DNA from: Prevotella sp.
GTDB taxonomy: Bacteria; Bacteroidota; Bacteroidia; Bacteroidales; Bacteroidaceae
DNA: 64,000 bases
Direction: 5' to 3'
NCBI GenBank assembly: GCA_024688365.1
Contig: JAILEG010000041.1
Span: 1,108 to 65,107 of the forward strand
Both the position numbers and the translations under genes were made by a program. This document shows, one piece after another, positions 9,471 to 18,722 of this stretch (position 1 is the first letter of the stretch; each line of letters opens with the position of its first letter). The notes under the pieces were generated by a model. The model was not told the DNA's origin and made no database searches. It saw only the letters and a list, made by a program, of their open reading frames with translations.

Positions 9471-9683
9471 ATGAAACAGGCATATATTATTCCTTGTATG
9501 GAGATAATCGATATTCAAGCTCGGGGCTATATCTGCGATAAGAAAGTTAATTTGGGAGGATCTGGAAACGTACAGAACGAGAGTGGTGATTCAGGTGGTC
9601 CTGATGGCGATGAGGCAAAGGAGAACTTCATTAGCTCGGGAATCTCTGGTCAGTTCCCTCACTATAGCCCGTGGGACGACTGA
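9471..9683 (+). CDS. Small acidic peptide (70 aa), YxxPxxEI...AK...WDD family
   Basis: ATG 20 nt after upstream stop; paralogous in register to 18438-18653; followed by terminator. Confidence 0.75.
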   Translation: MKQAYIIPCMEIIDIQARGYICDKKVNLGGSGNVQNESGDSGGPDGDEAKENFISSGISGQFPHYSPWDD

Positions 9684-9734
9684 CGGCTGCATGGCAGCTG
9701 ATGTTTGAATAATTAACTTTTTTAACGACAAATC

Positions 9735-9775
9735 AAGAGAGGGCATGTCTGTGAAGGCATGTCCTCTCTTTCTTC
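9735..9775 (+). terminator. Intrinsic terminator closing module 1
   Basis: AAGAGAGGGCATGTCT-GTGA-AGGCATGTCCTCTCTT followed by T-rich tail. Confidence 0.75.
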
Positions 9776-9985
9776 TTATGCCTGCAGGTTCAGCTCCATT
9801 ATCTTCGCCTTCTTGTACAGTCTGGCACCAGCTGGTGTGGTGGCTGGGGTGACATCAGGCTATAGTCTTGATGATGATATTTTCATCTTACTTGAGCATA
9901 GAGGGACGAGGACGGATAGTCGTTTTATGTTATGGAAAAGGAAAACGTGTCTGCCATGCAGTATTCCTCCTGGTGGACGGCAGCC

Positions 9986-11128
9986 CTACAGGTATTGCTC
10001 CTTCAGCCACTGGGCGAAGAAATGGTCATAGATGCGGCAGCTGCCGTTGTCGTTGGTGACGAGCCCGTTGTCGTCAAGTGCCCGCAGGGCTGACTGCACG
10101 GAGCTGGGGGAGGAGAGGTTGTGCTGCCTGATGAACTTTCCTGACGTGACTTGCTGTGCCGTCCCCTCCTTCGATATGGCGAGCAGCACCTGTTTTTGCT
10201 TGACAGACAGCCGTGCCAGCAGTTCTCTGTAGCTTATCTCCTGGGTGTGGATGATGTTGCGCCGGGCTGTTGGGATGACATCAGCGTGGCAGGTGGCGCC
10301 CTTGTCAGTGATGGCGAACAGCTCGTTCATCATCATCTGCAGGAACCAGGTGCAGCCGTCAAAAGAACGGTAGACGCTTTCAGCCACGTCCCTGTCAAGC
10401 TGTTTCCCTCTGAGACGGAACATGCTTTGTGCGAAGTCAGTGTAGACCTCTTCTGCTATAGGTGAGAGGCCCATTGTGACAGCACTCTGATAGAAAGGCT
10501 TGGCAGAAGAATGGAACATGTTGGTCATCATGCTGTTCTTGCTTCCCGAGTAGATGAAGCATGCGTTGGAGCATTGCTGGATGTAGGTGCGCAGCAATGC
10601 CTCGACGTTCTTCTCCTGGTACTGACTGATTTGCTGGAACTCGTCAATCGCCACGAGACAGGGGCGGTCGGCAGTGTCGAGATAGTGGAAAATCTCCTGA
10701 AGGGTTATCTCCGGCTCACGGATGTCGCCAAGGCTGAGGTCGAAGGAAGGCTCGCCCGACATTGGGTCGAGTCTGAAGCCGGCTCTGAATGAGCTGATGA
10801 CTTGGAAAAAAGTGTCAAGCCATGTCCTCTGCCGTGACTTCAAGGTATGGAAGATGGCTTTCCCCAGCAGGTAGACCAACTCTGATAGGGAACTGGTGGC
10901 ATAGAGGTCGATGAAGAACGTGTGGTATTCCTCGTTGATTTCCTGCTGATGGAAGAGATGGTGTATGAGGTCGGTCTTTCCCATACGTCGGGGAGAGATG
11001 AGCGCAACATTCCTTCCGTTCCTTACCTGGTGGAGCAGGAAGGCTGTCTCTTCCTTCCTGTCGCAGAAATATTCAGCCGACTCATAGTGCCCTACGATGA
11101 AGGGATTGTTGACAGATGACTTCTTCAT
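9986..11128 (-). CDS. P-loop ATPase of the archaeal-type/AAA (ATPase_2-like) family with C-terminal winged helix
   Basis: NPF...FCDRKEE start, Walker A variant SPRRMGKT, Walker B LVAIDEFQ, C-terminal YDHFFAQWL. Confidence 0.85.
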   Translation of the reverse strand: MKKSSVNNPFIVGHYESAEYFCDRKEETAFLLHQVRNGRNVALISPRRMGKTDLIHHLFHQQEINEEYHTFFIDLYATSSLSELVYLLGKAIFHTLKSRQRTWLDTFFQVISSFRAGFRLDPMSGEPSFDLSLGDIREPEITLQEIFHYLDTADRPCLVAIDEFQQISQYQEKNVEALLRTYIQQCSNACFIYSGSKNSMMTNMFHSSAKPFYQSAVTMGLSPIAEEVYTDFAQSMFRLRGKQLDRDVAESVYRSFDGCTWFLQMMMNELFAITDKGATCHADVIPTARRNIIHTQEISYRELLARLSVKQKQVLLAISKEGTAQQVTSGKFIRQHNLSSPSSVQSALRALDDNGLVTNDNGSCRIYDHFFAQWLKEQYL

Positions 11129-11244
11129 TTGCGTACTGTTGATTGGTTATTGCAAAAGTAATTATTATTTTTCTAATAACCAAATTTTCAATAATCCATT
11201 GTGACGGTGGTGGGCACGGCGCGGCATGTCATGCTGTCTGAAGC

Positions 11245-12027
11245 TCAGTCCTGCGGGGTGTCAGCCTGCGGGTTCAGCTCCATCATCTTCACCTTCTTGA
11301 ACAGCTCGGAGGCGAATACGAGGTCATTGAGCTTGCGGTTGCGGGAGGAGATGACGCTGTCCTTGTCGCCCTGCCACTCCTTCCTGCCGTCAGCGATGAA
11401 GATGATGTTCTCTCCGATGCCCATGACCGAGTTCATGTCGTGGGTATTGATGATGGTGGTCATGTTGAACTCACGTGTGATGCCCGTGAGCAGCTCATCG
11501 ATGACGAGCGAGGTCTTTGGGTCGAGTCCCGAGTTCGGCTCATCACAGAAGAGGTACTTCGGGTTCATGACGATGGCCCTCGCTATGGCCACACGCTTCT
11601 GCATACCGCCGGAGATCTCGCCCGGGTACTTCTGCTCAGCTCCCGTGAGGTTGACACGGTCGAGGCACTCCTGCGCCCTGCGGTCCCGTTCCTGCCAGGT
11701 CATGTCAGAGAACATGTCGAGGGGGAAGCGCACGTTCTCCAGCACGGTGAGCGAGTCGAAGAGGGCCGCTCCCTGGAAGATCATGCCCATCTCACGGCGC
11801 ATGAGAATCTGCTCCTTCTTGGTCATGTTGACGAAATTGCGTCCGTCATAGAGAACCTCGCCCTTCGTAGGGTCGAGCAGTCCGGTGAGTGAGCGCATGA
11901 GGACGGTCTTGCCCGCGCCGCTCTGTCCGATGATGAGGTTGGTCTTGCCATCCTCAAAGACTGTGTTGATGTCCTTCAGCACTTCCTTGTCGCCGAACGA
12001 CTTGTATAGGTGTTTTACTTCGATCAT
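11245..12027 (-). CDS. mlaF: MlaF-like ABC transporter ATP-binding protein (start moved to ATG 12027)
   Basis: GQSGAGKT, ISGGMQKRVAIARA, CDEPNSGLDP; follows MlaE permease. Confidence 0.88.
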   Translation of the reverse strand: MIEVKHLYKSFGDKEVLKDINTVFEDGKTNLIIGQSGAGKTVLMRSLTGLLDPTKGEVLYDGRNFVNMTKKEQILMRREMGMIFQGAALFDSLTVLENVRFPLDMFSDMTWQERDRRAQECLDRVNLTGAEQKYPGEISGGMQKRVAIARAIVMNPKYLFCDEPNSGLDPKTSLVIDELLTGITREFNMTTIINTHDMNSVMGIGENIIFIADGRKEWQGDKDSVISSRNRKLNDLVFASELFKKVKMMELNPQADTPQD

Positions 12028-12225
12028 TGGGTGTTGGGTGTTGGTTGTTGGGTGTTGATGGGCGGTGATAAGCGGTGATAAGCGGTGATAAGCGATGATA
12101 GGCAATATTATAAGCAATGATAGTCGCTGATAACTGTTGAAGCCCATAGGGGTATCCCGCTGCTTACTCCCCTCCCTTTTCGGGGAGGGGTTGGGGGAGA
12201 GGCTTTCCCTCCTTGGGAGGGCTTT
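12028..12225 (-). repeat. Intergenic repeat family A, copy 3, with 10-bp units and 7-bp (CACCCAA) units
   Basis: Minus strand reads hairpin, 45-bp block, (GCTTATCACC)-type 10-mers at ~12061-12130, then 7-mers at 12028-12058. Confidence 0.85.
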
Positions 12226-12228
12226 GCT

Positions 12229-12975
12229 CTAACTCAGCACCTGCGTCAGGAACACGTCGCTGAAGAGGATCAGCACGCTGGAGCAGACCACGGCATCAGT
12301 TGATGCCTTGCCCACCTCAACGCTGCCGCCGTTGACGGTGTAGCCCATATAGGACGAGACGCTGGAGATGATGAAGGCGAAGAAGAAGCCCTTGATGATG
12401 CTCATCCACATGAACCACGGATTGAAGTCGTGTTGGAGACCCGATGTCAGGTCGACCGGGGTGATGATATGCCCCAGGTAAGCCGTGGCATATGCTCCCA
12501 CGATGCCCGTTGCCGCAGAGAAGATGACGAGGAACGGCATGATGGTGATGAGGCCCAGCATCTTCGGCAGGATGAGATAGCTGGCAGAGTTGATGCCCAT
12601 GATCTCCAGGGCGTCAATCTGCTGCGTCACCCGCATCGTGCCCAGTTCCGAGGCGATGTTCGATCCCACCTTGCCCGACAGTATCAGGCACATGATACTG
12701 CTGGAGAACTCCAGCAGCATGATCTCACGTGTCACATAGCCCGATACCCAGTGGGGCATCCACGGACTCTGCACGTTGAGCTTGATCTGGATGCAGATGA
12801 CAGCCCCGATGAAGAACGATATGAGCAGGACGATGCCGATGGAGTCGACTCCCAGCTGCGACATCTCCTTGACGTAACGCTTCAGGAACATCCTCATCCG
12901 CTCCGGACGGCTGAAGGTACGTCCCATCAGCATGAGGTATTTCCCGAGTGTGTTCAGCCACTTGAATATAAGCAT
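12229..12975 (-). CDS. mlaE: MlaE family ABC permease
   Basis: GSNIASELGTMRVTQQIDALEIMG signature; VGKASTDAVV. Confidence 0.92.
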   Translation of the reverse strand: MLIFKWLNTLGKYLMLMGRTFSRPERMRMFLKRYVKEMSQLGVDSIGIVLLISFFIGAVICIQIKLNVQSPWMPHWVSGYVTREIMLLEFSSSIMCLILSGKVGSNIASELGTMRVTQQIDALEIMGINSASYLILPKMLGLITIMPFLVIFSAATGIVGAYATAYLGHIITPVDLTSGLQHDFNPWFMWMSIIKGFFFAFIISSVSSYMGYTVNGGSVEVGKASTDAVVCSSVLILFSDVFLTQVLS

Positions 12976-13160
12976 GGTAACTTTATTTTTACTTTATAAT
13001 GTGCAAAAGTAAGCAAAATTAAAGAGAATAGGGAAAAATAAAAGGGAAAAGAGTGTGCCTTGCTGCACCGATAAGTGCGATTTTGCAGCACAAGTGATGG
13101 ATGGAAACCCGTGTTTTTGATTATTTTAACGGTGTATTAAGAATTTTACGCTAAACTTTA

Positions 13161-13192
13161 TTTTTTTTTTTTTTGATTTATTAGTACATTTG
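13161..13192 (+). promoter_or_regulatory. Promoter with T14 tract (13161-13174) and -7 box TACATTTG (13185-13192)
   Basis: TAnnTTTG consensus ~100 nt upstream of ATG 13291. Confidence 0.6.
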
Positions 13193-13290
13193 CGCACAGA
13201 AGATTGACAGAAATTTATAGCAATGGGTTTAATTGACCAAAAAAAGCTGACATTACATAGTAGATTAACTTACAGAAATTAAAAACAGAG

Positions 13291-16200
13291 ATGAGAATAA
13301 CTAAACTTGTTCCAGTGTTTGTTTTGCTGATGTTGCCTTTGGTTGCTTTTGCACAGGAGTTGCCAACACATCAGGTGACAATCAGCCTGAAGGAGCTTAT
13401 CAAGAACGTAAGTTCTGAAACAGTGCATGAAAACTCCATGTCGCCATACGTTGACAGGAAGGGATATGACTATCACTTCAATTATGGTGACTGGAATGTG
13501 GAAGTGGAGGATGCCTTGGTGGATGAAACCAACCAGACTCTTGATTTATTCAATGGTGGAAAGATCCGTATCAATGGAAAGGGAGTCACCCAACGTATGG
13601 AGAAGCTGACTTTTGCCTCATTCCAGGAGGTGGGGGATGTGTACCTCTTTGATGAGACCAATAATGGTAAGGTGACAAAGGACTTCAGCAAAAACGAAGG
13701 CAATGATACCTATACAGATGTTGTATGGACACCGCAGTTTCCATCGACTATCTACCGTGTGGAGTTTTTCGTCCAGGGTAAGCATCGGACGGACAAAGGA
13801 AAGATGACACTCACAGGAGACATTATTATCGAGTATACTGAGTCGGAGAGCTTTCAGGAGAAGAAGTATGTCTACCCTCATTTTGAACGTCCAAGTATTG
13901 ATGTGACCATCAATCAGAATATTATCACAGAACCGACATTGGCGGTATATGATGATTCTTTTGTGTGGACGGAAGAGCATGATGTCACCCGTTTTTTCAA
14001 TTTTGTCTACCACATAGAGGGAGAGCCTGTGAAGGATATCAATTATGATACGGAGACGCAAAGCTCTGTGTTCCGTCATACGGGAGAGGTGCGTTCGGGA
14101 GGAAAGAAAGGCAGCTTCAAGGTGATTGCCACGCCCGTACCGAAAGATGAGACTGCATCGCGTCTCTACCTGCCAACGGAGATCAGCTACACCGTAAATG
14201 TGCATGGTAAGGAAGGCGTGGTGAGTATGAATGGATCATTGGCTGACAAAGCCCATCCCTCTGAGCTAAGGCTTTATCAGGGTGTGCCAGTGAAGGCTCC
14301 GGCCTTTAAGGTCATGGATCCGACGGGTGTTGTTGACCTCTCCCAATATTACAAGATGTCGCTTGCTGACGTGAGGTTGGAAATGCTTGCGGGCAGTCAG
14401 AACATAGTGGAGAGTCTTGATGGCGGGAAGAATATAAAGGGGACAATCCAAGGGACAGCCACAGCCAGGATGACCTTTTCCCCCAAGGATGAATATGTCA
14501 CCCTCTATGATGCAGCTGCCATCACGGTTAAGGTTACAGTACTTCCACGGCCATTGGATGCTGGCGCTAAGGTCATATTGAGCAGTACAGAGCTGGAGGG
14601 CGACAATGTGCTGCGCTTCAAACGAAATAGTGTCTATTATAATGAGCTGGTGGTAAAGGTGTATGACAACCTGGGCAATGACGTGTCTGACTATTACAAC
14701 TTCGACCCACAGGCTGTCAGGTATAGTCTGACCAATAATACTGGCATGGATATTGACTATATGGCAGCAAAGGAGGCAGCACGGCTCAACAGGGAACATG
14801 CCTCAGACCCAGACTTCGTGCCAGCCAAGGAGGGTGACCCCGAGTTCCATACTTCCAGCAGAACAGGCAGCGAGATGCTGACCATTGATATTCCGAAGAA
14901 GTCGTCATCGCCAGACATTTTCAAGAATGTGACCAAGCAAGCTACGATTATTATTGGCGCGAAGACACCGGACGTGCGTATCATGCCAAAGAAGATCACC
15001 CTGCGCGTGGGGCAGACCTGGAATTCCAATAATCCCAGCAATCCCTTTGACCTGCATGCCTATGTAGACTTGCGCTCGCTGACGGATGAGTATGATAATA
15101 TCTATTACAATACATCTAACCCTAATGAGGGAATCACTGTAACACCAAGACAGTCGAGATCCAACTACGGGACGAGGTGGAATCCTTATTATATCACGCA
15201 GACTACTTCTTTCTCTGTCAGGGGTGAAAAAGTTGGCAACTATAATATAAAGGTGACAGTCAGTCCTATCGGCAGCCATTTTGACCCTGTTACTGTAGAC
15301 TGGCCTGTGGAGGTGGTTGCCAAGATAAAGCCAACGGTGACTTTCTCAGCTGGCAGGAGTGTGGTGCGTCATGGTCAGAAGGTGATAGAGCCTGTCCTGA
15401 AAATCACGGATTCCAATGGAGAGGATATCTCTGACCAGTACACCGTGCGCTATACGGCAATCTTGGATAACAGGTATTGGGGCACAGAGTATATTCTTGA
15501 AAATGCTGTGGGTAGAGGACAATCTGCTTATTCCAGCGATGGGAAAATCAAAACTGACCTGCTGCCCGATTATGACGGCACCTATGCCATCACGGCCACA
15601 GTTACCCCGAAGAATCCCACTGACTATGAGGGTGGTTCTGCCACCTATGAGCTGCTGGTTTATCAGGCTAAGTGGGGCTATAGGATAGATAATACCGCTC
15701 AGTCAGCCACCTACGGGAGCCTCGACTTTACCTCGCCGGGTGATATGCTCGCGGGCAGTATCATTGATGGTGTGCCGGGATTGTCGGTGCAGTTTGGTGC
15801 TGTTGGTGCTGATGATTGGGATGTGAGGTCTGATGGTGCTGATATCTATGCCACATCCCCCAATGAGCCTATAACGCTTGATCCCAACAGAACGGTACAG
15901 GCTACAGTGGCAACGGTGAAGGATGATAAGACAGTATTCTCTGTTGCCGATGTTCCTTATTTGCCTACCGGCGGCAGCTTCATCAGATTTGTGCCTGCTG
16001 CCGATGGTTTCATACAGGCTGATATGGAATGGCAGGCAGGTCATACTTATGTACTTGTGCGTTATCGTGGAGACAAGGTGGAACGTCTCACATACACGCC
16101 GGCCGTGACCCGGCGGGAGGTTCACCGGTTCTCAAACGCTGTCTATGGCGGCTATGCAGGCTACTTCTATGACAGCACAGAGGGTGGACACATGAAAATC

Positions 16201-18417
16201 TATGGATTTAATTTCATCCCCGCCTATATCCTTACCGCACATGACAAAACAGAAACCACTCGTGCCACCGCTTACCTGAACTGGGCGATGGACGAGCAAG
16301 GTGTTGACACGAAGCTGATGAAGAAGGTGGGGTTGCCGTGGCTCGTCCACAAAGCCTCGCCCTACGTTCAACACCTCGTGGAGCAAGGATATGAAGGATA
16401 TGTCACAGTGAATCAGGAAGGAGTCTTTGACTTGTTGCAGACCACGGATGGCATTGCACAGGGTGCGCACCCGTCCAGCATGGTCCAGGCCCATCAGGCA
16501 TTGACACGTGAGAATGGTACTGACGGACAGAGCGAAGTTCCCGAGAAGCATGTCCGTGTCTATGGAAAGGTTATCTCGGCTGAGGATCCGAGCATCTATC
16601 GGCTGGCATGGTATGACATGATGATTACCGGCATCCCATCCTACCAGGTTCCGGAAGACTATACACCTTCAGTGCAGGAGCAGGTGACAAGCGTGCCGGG
16701 TATCACAATGACATGGGGCGGCTGGCGACGTTATGACAATATTGACTATAAGTATGACGAGAACGGCGAGGTGTATGATATCCAGGATGCGTGGCAGAAG
16801 TCGCAGACGGATAAAGTAGCATCCGAAAGTGGCATCCTTGAGGGATACCTTTATGCCTCGGTCATGGGTGGCAACAGTTATGCCAAGGATGAAATGGCCA
16901 AGGAGTATAAGCCTGGCGGCGAGAGTTTTGACAGCAATGGTGGTATCCCAGTATCGGAACCGTATATGCTGCCTTGTCGTGGCGACTACGTTACCTTCAA
17001 GCCCTCTAAGGCAGGAACGCTGTATGTTTACGTGCTGCAGGAAGGATGTGTGGAGTGGAATGGTGATGAGCAGGTCAATCCCGGTAAGAACAACATGATC
17101 CGCTGGAGTCCGCTCTATATACTTGATGAGCGTGATAATGCCGTTGAACTCAGAAAGACCACGGACGTCGAGGAGTATAGTGCCCAGATGAGCAGTGCCA
17201 ATGGCTATCTCACCCGCAGCAGGTATCTCTGCTCGCCTTATACGAGTGCAGACTACAGTGGAGGCAAAGGACGGGGATATGACCGTGAGTCAAACACAAT
17301 GAGGGAGATAACCAACTTCAAGTATATGGTGGAATTCAAGGATGGTCTGACACCGTCTCGCCTGGATTTCCTGAAGAGCAACTGGGGAAACTATGGTACT
17401 CCACAGAAGGTACTTGACATGGACGAGATGGATGAATACAAGAACAGCGGTCGCAAGACTGGTGGCCATCTGATGATTTCCAAGGGTTACGTACGCTACA
17501 CGTTCGATGTGCTGCCTGGAAAGACCTACTATGTCTTCCAGACGGGTGCTAAGATGGGGTTGGCTGGATTCGCCTTTGATGCACAGGCTGACCACAAGGA
17601 GACGGATGTCACGCTGGAGTCGAGTACCACGCAGAGCTTCCTTAACAGTAATGAGCAGCAGGTGCGCCATGCTGACCTAACGCTCAAGGGAAAGAAGCTC
17701 ATCAAGGATCACTGGAATGCGATAACCCTTCCCTTCTCAATGAACGAGGAGCAGGTTCAGCAGACCTTTGGCTCTGGGACGGTGATCACCGTGTTCAATG
17801 ATGTGGATGAGAATGCGGGCACAAGCGGACGTATCTACTTTACGGAGCATCGGTATCAGCACATTGTTGCCGGTCAGCCGTGTATGGTATGGCCTACGTT
17901 CGTCAATGCCAGTGGGTCGATGCTTGAGGGTGTTACCTTGAAGCATGACGATAAGCACGATATGGACTATGTTGATGAGGTAGAGATTGATGATATAGCT
18001 ATCGACAGGACCAAGAACGAACTTAGGGAACTCAAGAGCAAGAAGTCCCCAGGCTATACCATGCAGGGTCTTTACGAGGTAAGCAGCGGAAAGGAAATCA
18101 ATAAAGGTGATTACTACATGAGCTGGGGTACGCTGATCCACTCAAACTATGGCAACCAAAGTGGTACTTTCAATGCGATTCTGAGAGGAAAACCTGATAT
18201 TGCTCCAGCCAAATTGAGTATGGTGACTGCCAGCTTCCTTGACGAGGTGGGCATGGAAGTGCCTACGGGTATAGAAGAGATTGAGACGGACCATGACCGG
18301 CAAGCGGCACCATCAGGTGTCTACAACCTACAAGGACAGAAAGTTGCTGATGAATGGTCAGAGTCATTAGCCCCTGGTGTGTATATCGTTGACGGAAAGA
18401 AATTGATTGTGAAATAA
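13291..18417 (+). CDS. Very large secreted/surface protein (1708 aa), probable tandem Ig-like domains, T9SS-type C-terminal domain
   Basis: Signal peptide ending VAFA|Q; beta-rich segments ending EISYTVNV / ATYELLV; WNAITLPF pre-CTD domain; C-terminus TGIEEIE...VYNLQGQKV...GVYIVDGKKLIVK. Confidence 0.85.
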   Translation: MRITKLVPVFVLLMLPLVAFAQELPTHQVTISLKELIKNVSSETVHENSMSPYVDRKGYDYHFNYGDWNVEVEDALVDETNQTLDLFNGGKIRINGKGVTQRMEKLTFASFQEVGDVYLFDETNNGKVTKDFSKNEGNDTYTDVVWTPQFPSTIYRVEFFVQGKHRTDKGKMTLTGDIIIEYTESESFQEKKYVYPHFERPSIDVTINQNIITEPTLAVYDDSFVWTEEHDVTRFFNFVYHIEGEPVKDINYDTETQSSVFRHTGEVRSGGKKGSFKVIATPVPKDETASRLYLPTEISYTVNVHGKEGVVSMNGSLADKAHPSELRLYQGVPVKAPAFKVMDPTGVVDLSQYYKMSLADVRLEMLAGSQNIVESLDGGKNIKGTIQGTATARMTFSPKDEYVTLYDAAAITVKVTVLPRPLDAGAKVILSSTELEGDNVLRFKRNSVYYNELVVKVYDNLGNDVSDYYNFDPQAVRYSLTNNTGMDIDYMAAKEAARLNREHASDPDFVPAKEGDPEFHTSSRTGSEMLTIDIPKKSSSPDIFKNVTKQATIIIGAKTPDVRIMPKKITLRVGQTWNSNNPSNPFDLHAYVDLRSLTDEYDNIYYNTSNPNEGITVTPRQSRSNYGTRWNPYYITQTTSFSVRGEKVGNYNIKVTVSPIGSHFDPVTVDWPVEVVAKIKPTVTFSAGRSVVRHGQKVIEPVLKITDSNGEDISDQYTVRYTAILDNRYWGTEYILENAVGRGQSAYSSDGKIKTDLLPDYDGTYAITATVTPKNPTDYEGGSATYELLVYQAKWGYRIDNTAQSATYGSLDFTSPGDMLAGSIIDGVPGLSVQFGAVGADDWDVRSDGADIYATSPNEPITLDPNRTVQATVATVKDDKTVFSVADVPYLPTGGSFIRFVPAADGFIQADMEWQAGHTYVLVRYRGDKVERLTYTPAVTRREVHRFSNAVYGGYAGYFYDSTEGGHMKIYGFNFIPAYILTAHDKTETTRATAYLNWAMDEQGVDTKLMKKVGLPWLVHKASPYVQHLVEQGYEGYVTVNQEGVFDLLQTTDGIAQGAHPSSMVQAHQALTRENGTDGQSEVPEKHVRVYGKVISAEDPSIYRLAWYDMMITGIPSYQVPEDYTPSVQEQVTSVPGITMTWGGWRRYDNIDYKYDENGEVYDIQDAWQKSQTDKVASESGILEGYLYASVMGGNSYAKDEMAKEYKPGGESFDSNGGIPVSEPYMLPCRGDYVTFKPSKAGTLYVYVLQEGCVEWNGDEQVNPGKNNMIRWSPLYILDERDNAVELRKTTDVEEYSAQMSSANGYLTRSRYLCSPYTSADYSGGKGRGYDRESNTMREITNFKYMVEFKDGLTPSRLDFLKSNWGNYGTPQKVLDMDEMDEYKNSGRKTGGHLMISKGYVRYTFDVLPGKTYYVFQTGAKMGLAGFAFDAQADHKETDVTLESSTTQSFLNSNEQQVRHADLTLKGKKLIKDHWNAITLPFSMNEEQVQQTFGSGTVITVFNDVDENAGTSGRIYFTEHRYQHIVAGQPCMVWPTFVNASGSMLEGVTLKHDDKHDMDYVDEVEIDDIAIDRTKNELRELKSKKSPGYTMQGLYEVSSGKEINKGDYYMSWGTLIHSNYGNQSGTFNAILRGKPDIAPAKLSMVTASFLDEVGMEVPTGIEEIETDHDRQAAPSGVYNLQGQKVADEWSESLAPGVYIVDGKKLIVK

Positions 18418-18437
18418 TAAGTTTGGAGAATCTTGCT

Positions 18438-18653
18438 ATGAGGAAGATCTATAATACTCCGCTATGTGAAATACTGCAAGTGAAGACCGAAGGGTTGATG
18501 GCCGCCATGACAGGGCAGACAGGCAAGTATGATGGAGATGATGTAAGGCCAATCCCAACAGGTGAGTCACATGACAGCGATGGTGATGGAGAGGATGATG
18601 AGGAAGCCACGGCGAAAGGCTGGAGTGGCGGTATTAGACTCTGGGATGATTAG
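18438..18653 (+). CDS. Small acidic peptide (71 aa), YxxPxxEI...AK...WDD family
   Basis: ATG 20 nt after upstream stop; same motif register as 9471-9683; followed by terminator. Confidence 0.75.
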   Translation: MRKIYNTPLCEILQVKTEGLMAAMTGQTGKYDGDDVRPIPTGESHDSDGDGEDDEEATAKGWSGGIRLWDD

Positions 18654-18688
18654 AGGCTGAGCCAGGTGCCTTAGAGGATTTGAACGTG

Positions 18689-18722
18689 AGGGAAGCATGA
18701 ACTGTCGTGCTTCCCTTTTTTC
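18689..18722 (+). terminator. Intrinsic terminator closing module 2
   Basis: AGGGAAGCATGA-ACTG-TCGTGCTTCCCT followed by T-run. Confidence 0.75.

Noticed and set aside
9471-11128. Peptide plus ATPase as a RiPP or toxin-antitoxin cluster
   Set aside because: The ATPase is convergent and separated by a terminator; no modifying enzyme, transporter or toxin motif; the second peptide has no such neighbour
13012-13290. Possible invertible promoter upstream of the 1708-aa gene
   Set aside because: Only a short TGCTGCA/TGCAGCA pair (~13061-13090) that does not enclose the -7 box; no recombinase nearby
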